A stretch of DNA of 44,896 nt from Eremomyces bilateralis CBS 781.70 (lineage: Eukaryota), in the NCBI GenBank assembly GCA_010015585.1, contig ML975161.1. One strand, 5' to 3'. Made by a program: the position numbers and the translations under genes. Shown piece by piece: positions 23,015 to 35,600 of the stretch (its first letter is position 1; every line of letters begins with the position of its first letter). A model generated the notes under the pieces. That model saw only the letters and a list, made by a program, of their open reading frames with translations, ran no database searches and was not told the DNA's origin.

Positions 23015-23889
23015 GGTGATGGAAGCAGGGAAATGTATGATGGAGGGTATAAGGAAGGAAGGAGGATGGTTGATGGAAATCAAGAGAATGTGTGAAGATG
23101 GGAGATGTTTCGTCTGAGAAACAGTTCCGTTGATGAGTTGCTGTGATGAAAGACTTCTTCCGGATGAACTGCCTTGTTGCCTTGTTGCCTGGCATTTTTA
23201 GTGGGTATCAGTCCATCAGAGAAGCTGGAGATTCAGTGGCAGGAAGGAAATGAAACTCTGCCATATACGGTAACGTTTAGTCGGTATCATTAATCACAGC
23301 GTTGCATCTGCATGATAACTGTACGACAGTGATTGGGTGTTGACCATTGTAAAATTATTGCACGGGTTTTGCAAACGTCCAAACTCTCCAGGCCCCTATT
23401 CCATGTCATGAGGACTTGATTCCTATATATTTCAAGCTATTGTCGGAACAGCGATCAATGAAGAGCAAATGTATATGGTCTGAATGCCCATAATATTGAG
23501 GATGGCATAGAAACATTGATATCAAGGAGCCGAACTATCCATGATAAACTCCATGTTCTAGTTTGTGCCTAGCGAAACTGGGTTTGTCTACTCTCACAAC
23601 TCCCTAAGGTTGATCTAGGCTCAACGACCAAGTACATGACATTTTAGTCTATTAGTTAATTTGATATTTAAACAGATAACAATTATCACGCTCGAGGCCA
23701 CAAGCCGAGCTCCGGACCAACCCCTCCCATAGCTGCGTAGGTAATAGAGCAAATGTAGGGTATCCGGCTTTTCGCTTATATCCAAGGGCGCTAACCAGGA
23801 CTTCCAACCCTAAAGAAATCTGCATTATACGCGTCAAAAATATACATGGTTCTGCCACTCCGACCGGCCGAAACGGCCCTGTAGCTTCC

Positions 23890-25661
23890 TCAGAAGGCAA
23901 GCCCTACAATAGCCCGGTCATGGGCGGTCGGAGAGAGCATGACTTTCTGCCTCTCTTGTTCCTCTGTCTGTTGGAGTTTTGCCAGCCGGACCGCGGATGT
24001 GGTGGGAGGGAGTGGGAATACCACGCCGCCCTCACCAATGGCCGGACTGCATGGGCTCGTGACCATGGTCGCGTTCTCGCTCATGCTCGGACTTGACGAG
24101 GGCGACAGCGAGGGCAGACTGGAGAGGCTGTCGACGCTGTCGATCGATGACCCCGATGTGCGCCGACGAGGCCGTCCAGGATGCATAGGGCTCACCGGAT
24201 TTCCTCGGAGGGCCATCCGCGTCGGTTGGTGGTGGGAAGGGGAGTGGAGTGGCTGTAGCGGGATACCGTGTCCCGGCGGGATGCATTGATAGAACGGCTG
24301 TGGTGGATCGTGTGCCGACGTTGGACCGAGACTAGGTACGGAAGGGGTTCGTTTTAGCCACTGTGGGAACTTTCGCAACCCGGGTCGGCTGTCCGATGGC
24401 GTTGCATCCAACTCGGTTTCGTCGTCGACGGTGCCCACTTCGGAAGGTGTGTCGTCATCTTCGACCGCCTCAGCTGCCGGGTGGAGGCGTTTCGGCCCCA
24501 ACGGGGTGCTCAAAGCGCTTCCGATGTCCGATAGCGTCTCGCTCCGAGCTCGAACCCGCATGGCCGGAGCGATGGCAGGAATATGTTGCAGAGTGCCCGG
24601 CGCATGCGGCGCCGTCGGCATGGCGATCCGCGACCCATTGCCAGACCGGATCGCGTCCAGGCGCCTCTCTTCCACGATGGTGTTCAACTCTCGAATGGCC
24701 TCATCAATGTCGCCCTTGCTTGACTTCTGTCCACGAGGGCGAGATGTGGAGGCTGGCGATGTGTTGGATCGGATGCGGAATCTCCCCGCGGACGGTGGCG
24801 GACTGGAAAGAGAAGGGAGCGGGCTTGCCAGGGCTGATCCAGCGAGGCTACTCGACCTTCGGGGCCGGTTGACCACGGCGGATCGGGGTGGCTCCGGGAA
24901 AATGAACGAAGCAGGGTCAGCGGCCGGGAGGGAAAGGCTGTCGTGAAGAGTCGAGTCGCTACCAATGCTCATACAGCGCAGCTCCCGCAACGACTCCTCA
25001 GGAGACGTCTCACCGGTTTCCCCGTCGAAATCGTCGTAGACGTCTTGTCTCGTGGAAGAGATCGAGGGTTCACGGAGGAGGGCTTGCCTAGGTATCGACA
25101 GTCCTTCCGGGAGCTCATCCCAGCAGCTGAAATCTGGAAGAGGGGATAATCGACAGCTGGGCATGTAGATGCTGAGCTCCAGCGGGCGGAAGCTCCGCCG
25201 GCGTCGGGGGATATGGTTTCCACGTCGAAAGTCGGTGGGGGGGCTAATGATAAGAGGGACTTTTCGATTTCGAGACCGAGAACGGGCGCGGATTTGAGAA
25301 AGACCTTGGCGAGATCTCGACGAGGCTCGGGCGGCAAGATCTCGACCGCTGGAAGCCCATTGCGGCATATGTGATTGTCTTGTGCGGGGTCCATAGCAGT
25401 AGGCGTCCATGTAAGGACGGTCAACCTGGCGCGGCTGTTCATAGCAGACACTTTCGCTGTAGTCTGTAGTACGGTCTGGAGTCGCACTTGAGTGTTAGCC
25501 ACGGTCGGAACGATTCCAGTAAGGCAGAACATACCGAAGCTCTTATTTGCACCATGTACCAGCCGGCGTTCGTCTCCACTGGGATGAGGCGCACAGCACC
25601 CGAAAGCCAGCCAGGAAGAGTTCGTCTGGGGAGAGGTCCCCGTCGGTTGAATTGAGTTCAT
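23890..25661 (-). CDS. Ser/Pro/Arg-rich largely disordered hypothetical protein, ~570 aa, 2 exons (25661-25535, 25475-23890)
   Basis: 506-aa ORF extended in frame by intron 25534-25476 (GTATGT..GCTAAC..CCAG) to ATG 25661. Ordered-looking motifs IISPPTDFRR, FRPLELSIY..RLSPLPDF, IDEAIRELNTIVEERR, RVRARSETLSDIGSA. Confidence 0.8.
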
Positions 25662-26792
25662 GGTCGATTAGACAAATATCATTGCATCGGAACGACGTAA
25701 AAGTGGCACGACTTGCGCGCTCGCTGGAAAGAAAGACGAAGAGAAGAACTGCCAGAGCTGTAATGGGACGGGTCGAGAACGATATGGACTCGGTCGCGGC
25801 CGAAAGCAACAATCCAAACGAAGGCAATGAGATATATGAGGTGAGGGCATCGTTGGGCGCCAGGGCGCTTCATATCATACTATGTATGCAATCCAGGAAA
25901 TACATTGCGGGACCAACGACAGGCGAATGCAGACTACGACAGGGAAGGATTGCGACGGGACTTGAAACCGAGGCGGGACGAAACCGATGGCCGTAACTGG
26001 ACCACGTCAAGGGGGGTGCCATCTTGAACAGAAGCGCGAGGCCAATAGATTGACGATCATGGACGATGGAGGGGACGACATGGGACGAAACGGGACGAAT
26101 GGGGGACAAGTTGAAAAGCAGCGATATTGATCGGAAGCCAATGAAGAGACGAGACGACAGTGTTGGATGCGCTGGAGGAGTGAGATGAGGGAGATGACAG
26201 CGCGAGTTGCGGATGGATGTTCTGAACATCTGATGGATGCATCAATCAGGAATCAATGTGAATGGATGGATGGAGGTCGATGTGAGGCGTTGCGGCTCTA
26301 AGGCGGCGTTCGCGGCGTTGATTGGCTCACCCCCCTGCGAATCCGTTGCTCCCCCCTGTTCGCCTGTCCCCTCCCCAGCGCTTATAGCAAGGCCAGGAAC
26401 ACTGCAGTCTGCAACAGACGATACAGACCTCTCCCCCCTGCAATATATTCTCCTCTCTTCCCTGCCCTTTCCTGCCTCCCCCCCTTCCCTGCGCTTGATG
26501 TAGATTGCTCTCTGCTTATCCTGAACATCATCGCTCTCTACCCGGTACAGCTGGTATGAACTACCACACCTTACCGTCCCCCGTCCCCTTCCCGTCACCG
26601 CAATGGCAGTTTGCACAGACCGAGTTGTTTGAGCAACAGTTTGCTCTGCCCGGTTGCACAGCTTCAGCATGAAACACAGTTCACTCGTTTGAGATCTAGG
26701 AGCCGCTGCCGCGAGGAATTTCTGAAACCAGAAGATTCGCTACATATCCAACCTTCAACCTGAGGTTTACAAATGAAGCACAGGGCCCGTTA

Positions 26793-29101
26793 TCATCGTT
26801 CAGACCCCCATGCTGCTTGCTCGTCGCTGCCGTAGTGATAACCCGGCTCGTCCAAATTGCGGTCCGCCCGTTTCTGCCATTGCCCCTCCCGCTCCTCCTC
26901 ATCCCTGTCATCCTCCACCGCGAAGGGCATGTTCGGATTGTGGCGTTGCTCTTCGTCGTGTGGCTGGAGTGGAGCGTCCTTGGACGGCTCATAGCCTTCC
27001 CGAACCGCCTCCTCCTGTCCTTCGATCGGGTGCGCACGACTGTATGGTTACTACATCAGCGGGGACTAGTTCTGTCAATCGCAAAGGTGACGGAACTTAC
27101 ACGAAATGCTTCGGCTGCTCCTCGTTCCAGGAAGGACTCCCTTCTTTTCTGTGTCGGACCCGCTCTACGGCCTCCGCCTCGTGATCCTCCACAACGAGAT
27201 CCACCAATTGGCTCCGCTTTGATGTTGCGGAGCTGGTGGATGAGGATGACTCTTCTCGCAATGGAGACCCAATGGGAGGCTTCTTTTTGGAGCGCGACCC
27301 GGTTCCACTACTGCTGCTGCTCCCTCGATGCTTTCCTTTGTCGACGGCAGACTGAACCTCGGAGATTTGATGTTTCCGTCTCCGTCGATTTTCTTTGGTG
27401 GGCTGAAGTAAGTGGCGGTTGGTGGAAACAGTGATGATTCGGGGATCACGATATCGCCGCTGCTCAGGATTCGGAGTGTGCGCTGTGATGACGGGATACT
27501 GGCAGACGGTTTTAGTTTCATGCTGACCCATCTCGCACCATCCACTTACATTCCAGTCCCCAAACTCCAACGATCGAGCATTGTCAAACAATCGCTCATC
27601 TTCAGGGTCGAGGATCAATTCACCCACATCATTGCTGGTGCCGTAGTTCCCTGGGTCCAGGGCACGGCTCGGACCGGGACTCATCGCTCTCGCTCGACTG
27701 GATCGGACTTTGGCCAGGAGTGGCGCCCGGCTGCCTTGTCCGGGGGCAGGGATCCAATACTTCCCTTTCCCGCCTCGCTCGTACCGCATGCCATGGTGCA
27801 TTCGCGCCGTGCGCGAGGTGGAGTCCTCGTGAGCCAGGACGTCATTTTCCGCATCGAAATATCGATACTCGTAGTGACCCCCTTGGAACGTCTCTTTCGT
27901 GTCCTGGATGAGGTCCACCGGCCCAAACGCGTCCCGCAACGCGTGCTTGACCGGCAACCGTGCGGCGGAGATGGTGATGTCGGCATAGTCGTGCCATGAA
28001 AATGCATACCAGTGCGCCAGCGCGAACGCGGGCATTTCAAAGCAGATCAACGTGTCTTGGATGGAAGCCGCCAAGTTGTCGGGCGTATAGCCTGGAACGT
28101 TGTCCGGCAGGGCGCCCAACCAGACGAGGACCGACAAGAAGAACCCCTGCCAATACGACGCGAAGATGATTCCCTTGACGCATAAAAACTTCGGCATGGG
28201 CCGAAATGGCGTCAGGTCTTCACTCATACATACCCAGAACATCGCGAGAGCATACAAGCTCACGGTGATACTGAGGTTGTAAACCAGTCCGCTCCAAAAG
28301 TATCCGGACGAAACGCCAATGTAGCCCTCTTGATATGTGCCGGTGGCTTTCATGATGATGGCCGCCAATGCCAATATCGGCTTCATCCATGTATATTGGA
28401 GGATGCCCCGCTTGATGGCCAGAAAGGTGTAGGGGTCGGAAATATCGACTTTGGGGAGGACGTGGTTCAAGGGCCAGACGTGTGAGACGGGTGGTCGGCC
28501 GTACATGGTGATGATCAGGGACCGTTCTCCACCCATAAAGTTGATCAACAGTTGCAAGAAAGTGTAGATGGTGAAAGCCTGGAGTGAAATCAGTCGCCGA
28601 ACGTGAAGAGGCCGCCCGCCGGGACTCACCTCATAAACGTCCCGAAAGGGGTCAATCCAGAAGGCAACACGTAAGGATATAAGGCTCACCCAGGACGCCG
28701 CCGAGTAGATGGGGACCCTGGGACTGGATCAGCAGGTTATCCTCGAGACCGACATGGGATCGCCATACATAAGAAGGATGCGGACGACATAGCGCTGGAG
28801 CAGCGGTTTGCGGTAGTTCTTCCTGTGACAATGAGTATCGACATCGTAGACAGTCTCGTGACGGGAAGTGCGTACGCTTGTAGCCACACGGATCTGGATG
28901 GTAGAGGTTAGCGAACCGACGCGTTTAACATGGTTGGACTGATGCATACACCACAGTCACCAAGGTTGCAGAGAGGGCCGATACGCCCGCTAGGATTAGG
29001 ACTAGGCGAGAGAAACGACCCCCCGTGCCGCCTTTGGCTGTTTCCACTCCCCATCCATGGACGAGGCCGTGAGAGGGAGCTTGGGGGGGAAAGGCGTCCA
29101 T
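26793..29101 (-). CDS. HFL1: TMEM184/OST-alpha (DUF300) family vacuolar membrane protein, Hfl1 homolog, ~661 aa, 7 exons (29101-28950, 28893-28876, 28822-28769, 28717-28630, 28578-27550, 27498-27101, 27039-26793)
   Basis: NYRKPLLQRYVVRILLMVPIYS, RDVYEAFTIYTF, KRGILQY, PKFLCVKGIIFASYWQG, QDTLICFEMP..ALAHWYAF. Six GT-AG introns maintain frame from ACCACCATGG at 29101. Confidence 0.92.
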
Positions 29102-29683
29102 GGTGGTTGGCGGGCAAACCGAACGGAGCTGTCACAAACACCGGTGGATAGGGTCAAGGAGAGCGAGCATGACGAAGGATTCGCTGTCAGAGTTCAGCAG
29201 ACCTTGTCAGCGGTGGAGGAGTGGACGGGAATAGGGTGTGCGGAGTGATGGAGATATCAGGATGAGGCAACTGAACAATTGTCGGACGGAGCTTCGACTC
29301 TCCAGTCCGCAGTTCATGGGGCAGCACAAGGATTGTCCATGTCATGTTGTGATGAGAGAGAATCGTGAATGAGGCGCCAAGGCGCCAAGGCATGAAACGT
29401 GACGGAGGCCCCAGAGGGCAAGAGCTGCTGAGCACCTGCCTGTCATTTGTTTGCAGCTCCATGCCCATCTCCGGAATCATCCTCCGTACAGATATATCAA
29501 TACAAAATCCAAATGATATCTCTCACCAGATTCCCACCCTCCCTTTCTAGAACACCAAATAGCACGACGAAGACGTCTCTTATATCCGCAATCGGTTCCA
29601 CTCGGTCAGTCTATCTTTCCTCCCATCCTCCGCCTCCCAATTCCGCCCACTGACAACCCAGATTTTGGTAATGCCGCCCATAA

Positions 29684-32600
29684 ATGTCGAGCGGCGGACT
29701 CACTCCCCAGCCGCTGCAGCCAGAGCACGGCCTCAACTGGTGAGAACGATGTGCCACCCCGTGTGCAAGGCCCCTCTGACCGTTCCATAGGGTGTTCCTG
29801 GTTGAGCTGTTGGTGTGCGGCATTCTGTAACGTCCCTGCTCACGACATAGTCTTGATGAGACCCAGGCTAATCATTGACCAGCTCCATATTCTTTCTCTT
29901 CTACTTCAACCGGCTGTTCGCGACCCTAGTCTCTTATGGAATTCGAGCATACACATGGCATCGATTCCGCGCCTACATCGATATCCAATCGCTGCAAATA
30001 TCTCTGCTGGGAGGCCGCGTGTTCTTCAAAAACATTCGCTACCACGCCCACAACGAAACGATCCTGATCCATTCGGGCTTTATTACGTGGAACTACTGGT
30101 ATAGGAAAGTCCAAGATGCCGCCGTGTTTGAGGAGCAGTCGTCACCTGGCGGCACCGACGGCCACTCGACTCCAGGTCGACCGTCCAGGAGCCCGGATGT
30201 TGACCGTATGGAAACGGGCGGCGTCACATCGAGCAAGAAACCGTCCGTGAGGATCACCATTCAGATATCTGGCCTGGAGGCTTTCATCTACAATCGAAGT
30301 CCCGGATACGACGTGGTCGTGGAAAACTACCTGCGCTCCGTCAATCTCAGCAGTCCAACGCGGGAAGGATCCGATGACCAGGCGTATTCCACCGGATTCG
30401 CTCATGGAGATCGGATGAGGAACGTGCTGCAAAAAAACCGCCCTCAGCAAGAAGAGGAGGACCCCACGTCGCCTGCCTCCTCCAACGAGAAGCCCAGGCT
30501 TCCTCCAGCGGAGAAACCTTCGCTGCCAGCCTTCATTCGGCTTTTCCCCATCTATATCGACTGCAGCAAGGGAGCAGCAGTCCTCGGAAACGAGAACACC
30601 CCCCAGGTCGTTACGTTAAAGTTTGACCGTGGCTCGGGAACCATTGACGCCGGTAGTTCAGGCCCCCTGGACATATACCGGCAATTGTTCAAATTCAACG
30701 TCGACCGCCCTGTCGTTCAAATGCGACCGAATACCGACTTCAAAAGCCTTCAGCTGGCCATGGCCGCCACAGTAAAACAAGCCGAAGCTGAACCGGCCGT
30801 GGTGGCTCAGGACCCCCATCGTCGGACCTGGATACCCGAGTCTCTTCGGAGGATGTCGACGGGTCGCCGGCAGTGGTTGCCCTTCCTGAACCGATCCACC
30901 AGTTCCGTGGTGGATACTGACAAGAATCCTTCTTATCCACATCCTTCCAAGCTTTCCGTTCCGGGTCATGATCGATGGCAGGGGCTCACACGGTACCTGG
31001 AAGACATCGGAGAAAATGAGCATGACGAGTGGGAAAGCGTAGAGTACGCTAAGGCCAGTACGCTTGCCGACTGCCCTCGCATCACATTCTGCTTCTTTTG
31101 GGATGTACCTGGTCCCGTACCCCTGGAGGACATGGTCGAGAGCACAACTATTGCACCTCCGGGATACGGAATGGAAATCGGCATTCACGGCGGAACCCTC
31201 AGTTACGGGCCTTGGAGTGACCGACAGCGCGTCATCTTTCAGAACCTCTTTTTTCCCCAGTCGTTTGTCGATGCCCCGCCACCTCCGAATCTAAGGCCCG
31301 GAGACACTCGCATCTACCCGGACTTCAGCTTACTGCTCACCATCGATGAAGAGACGACGCTTCGGATTCCCATGCGTGAACCTTCTAAAGATTGGAAATG
31401 GAAGGGTCGTTCGACAACATCTTCCCGCCACAAACCGGCTGGGACCAACAAAGAGGGACATTGGAATCGCAAATGGTCAACCAAACGGAAGCCCGAGAAA
31501 GGGAGTGGTGGGTCGGGTCCCCGGCCATACGCTTGGCTGGACATAAAGGTATTCAAGGAGACGAGTGTCCGGTACAAGATGGACATGTACCCCGGAGAGT
31601 CCGGCTACTCGAATGACCTGCGAGTGGACATCGCTCGATGCGAGGCCTACTCAAGTGTCAACCATGGCCTGCTGTTGCGGACCGGCAAGCTCACCATGGA
31701 CGCCGACCTCTCAAATCCGGCGGTATGGAATGCCCTCAGAGTATGGAAGTTTCGAATCATCGCCGAACAACTGGACCTTTTCATCTTGCGAGATCATTTT
31801 TTCCTCATCATCGACCTCTCCTCGGACTGGTCATCCGGTCCACCTGGCGAATACCACACGTTTGTTCCGTACCAGTATCACATCGCGCTCGACTTCCGGA
31901 ACCCCAAGCTATATTTGAATTCGAATGAAGCCAACATCATCAATAGCCCCTCCGATTTTGAGGACAATGATTTCGTGATCCTCGGCGGAACCAGCCTAAC
32001 CGCCGATCTCATGATCCCGTTGGACAGGTTCCTCCCTGTCAACAACGAGATCACCTTCGATGTCATCGGCCAAGGCTTTAGCCTGGAGATGTGTCTTCCG
32101 CCTAGGAACACCATCCACAGCTTCTTGAAAGATCCAGTGACCGCGCAACTCGAACACTTTTCTCTCGTAGGAAGCCATTGCTATTGGGCAGCGTCCTCCC
32201 CGACCGAGACTGATCGATTGACCATGGATGTCAAGGGTGACAAGTTCGGGCTGTACCTCTACGGTTTCCTTGCACGGCACCTGGTTAAGATCAAAGATAA
32301 TTATTTCGGCGACTTTCTCCATTTTCGGACCTTGGAAGAATTCCAGTCTCGCCCGGATCGAGAGGCCGTGGCCCACGAGGTGGATCCCGAACTCCAGCCG
32401 GTGCGTGGATCTGACTTGGACGTGGTTCTCAGCATCTCGGTGCATGACGCCAGCGTGGTCCTCCCGAAGCATCTATACGATGCCGAGGCAGGGATCGTGA
32501 TTGACATGGAATTTGCCAATGTCGATTTGAGATTCACAAATTACTACATGGATCTTGCAGCAGATTTCAGTCCCTTGAACTTTGGCTCCGGGTCGTCGAT

Positions 32601-35600
32601 ATCCGAACCCGGGGCAGCCGGTCCGACAGAAATCTTCTTGGACTTCACGAGCTTGGCCGGCCATCGCCTCTTTGGACTCCCCAATGCGGAGCCGACGTAC
32701 GACTGCATTTGGGATCTTCGCATCGGTCAAGTGGTTGGCGAAATCTCTTCCCTTTTCCTGAACAACCTCGTCCATGGGGCGCAAGCGTTCGCCTTTAGCT
32801 TCGAGGATGAAGAGAATAGCTCGCCCATGGCAGACCCCTTCCTTGTGAACGACGTCACATTCCTCCGGGTCCGTACGGAGCTTGTTCGACTCTGGCTTCG
32901 GCTGGATCCTGATGCAATCATGGTCGAAATCGGACCGGCCAATATTGAACTCAACGATCTTTGTGACTTGCTATTTTCTCAGCGAGTTTCCATCCAAATG
33001 CCGTCGTTAACGCTTTCATGTGTCGACACGAGCCATCTGCATCGCCATCGGAGCCAAGTTGACCACGGTGACCAACCAAAGACCTACGCGTATCTTCACA
33101 CCGGCCTATCCGTGAACGTCATGCAACGCAGTTTGAACTTCCCCGAGAAGCGTGCTGCGCAACAACATCACTTGCGTCAGCACGATTGCCGGACAAATCG
33201 GGTACCCTTTTTAATCTCACCGGATCCTCTGCACATTGAGGACTCCGAGGACAACTTAAGGTCGAAGATCGATGACCCAGCAAGCTCCTTCCCACTTGTA
33301 CCATCGCCAATGCACCATGATCTCGGGGACTTTGACAGCATCATGACCAGCACAATGCCCGGAAATTCGGGCAGCAGGTCACGGCATGAGCAGTGGCAAA
33401 GTTCGTCATCATCGGGTGCTTCGATTGCATCCTCCATCAGGCGACACGGCAATCGGGCTACGGGAACCCCGATGAATACTCCCCGATCCAATCACGCTCA
33501 TGACCATATCACACCGACAGTGGACTCTGTGGGCGCAACCTCTTCGCGGAGAATCAGCGACATGAACGCATCGACGAAAACAGACGGGACGACACCATCA
33601 CTGGCGTTTTCTACTCCGTTGGCGGCCCCGAGATTTCCACTGGAGAGCTTTGTCGACGAGACTTTTGACATTCCCACCTTCCGGCTGCACCGCGAGCCCC
33701 CATCCGCGGACGACGACGATATTGGTGCCGAATTTAATGATGTCATCAACCGGCGACAGGACGATGCCTTGGTCTCAACAACGGTCATGGTGACACTCAA
33801 TCCCGGAGTGCAGGCTGTTTTCACGACAAGAGGATTCAACGCCATCCTTCGGGTCATAGACATCATCCAGTGTCAAGATGCTGAGACACTCTTGGATTCA
33901 TGGCAGATTCGGACCATGTCTCGAATCATCACCAAACGCGACCTCCCCTCGCGACCCTCGTCATCGTTAGACATTGGTTTAACTATTCCAGACGGTGCTG
34001 TTCGTTTTACCAATAGGAGAACGCTGGAAAACATGTCTGGACTGGAAATCGCGCGGGACGATATTGAACTGCAACTTTCGAATTTATCCGTCCGCGCTCG
34101 AACCAAACACGTTTCCGGGTCTTCGAGCTCCCAAGATCATTTCCTCTTGCATGCATCGTTGAAGCGTGCCGATGTTGCGACAACCACTGTATCCGCATCC
34201 CGTTCGTCCCAGCTCTGCCTGTTCCAATGCGAGGATATTCTCACCTGGCTTACGTCAACCTCATCATTGAATGCGACTTTATCTGTTCGCAAAGTGGGGT
34301 TGGACATGCAGAGCGTCCATTTTACAACCTTCTTCCTTGCCATGGAAGGAATTTTGGAACTCGCAGATGCGTTCAGCAATCAGATCAAGTCCATAACTTT
34401 GGAGGAACCTCGCCGTCTGGTGGACCTGGTGCACCATCTCGTCTTAGCTGGAGGAAGTTCCACCGACCCCGTCTTCATGACCAGGCCAAGCTACATGCTA
34501 CGCGCTATTACCGATCATCTGCGTAATCACGATTCTTGGAAGATAATCTCCCGCTTCCGCCACATGTATAGGACGTCATCCATCGTCTCCTATGATTCGA
34601 AGTCATTTGAAGAAACACCAACCAGTTCTCTCCTGAGCGACATCGTAGCATGGGACCAGTGGAGGACTTGGGAGTTGCCTTCAGTGGAAAAGAGCGTCGC
34701 AATGGAGCCACTGCATGCTCCGCAGAGTTCCGCCCCCGATACATCCGCTCCCCTGGCGATGACACTCTCTTTCCGTTGCGGGTTGCTCAACGTCTCGGTT
34801 GATTCTGGAGTCGATCAAAGCGCTGTTATTCTACATAACTTCAGTCTTGCTTTTAGTCACACACCACAACTATCCCCATCCGGACTCCTTGTCTCAAGCT
34901 TGCCGGAACAATCCAGAGTTATTCAGATTGGCGCGGAATTACTTGCCATTCAATTCCAATGGATGCTTCTGGAGGGTGTCCAGTCGCTTCTTGAGAATAG
35001 CAAAGGATGGACTCGAATGAATGCCGCGAGCAAACAACCTCAGCCGCGTGGATCTTCACCTGCGAAAGGCTCGCGTCGCCTTCAGCTTGTCGCAGTCATC
35101 GATTCCACGGACCTCAGTTTGAAAAGTCGGCATCTGCGTTTGGGGAACGCGATGGATAATCTCTCATGCTCGTTGATCCTGGCACAGGAGTCCGAGGAGA
35201 GCAAATCCGATATGAGCAACGTCGTTCTCCACGCTAGCAACGCCCTCTGTGCGGTGGTGTCGTCCCAGCGGAAGTTGATAACCCTTGCTCTATCTCTGCC
35301 AACTTTCGCAGCTGCCCTTAGCAAGCCAAATGACAGTGGGAACGCGAAGCAGTGGACCGTTCAGGGACAAAGCGAATTGGTCGACCTGAATATCGAGGAA
35401 CACGTCCCGGGTTTATTGGAACTGGCCGATGACGTCCTTCGCAACGAGGCGGTTGACATTATGAAGTTCACAAACTCGGCAGCACCGCATGCCGAGCATA
35501 CGATTGCTTCAGCGGCCCCGAAAGTGAGAAGAGAACTCCCTAGCCTTCAGCTTTCGTTGTCACTGCAATCCTATCGAGTACATATCCGGCTGCTTCCATC

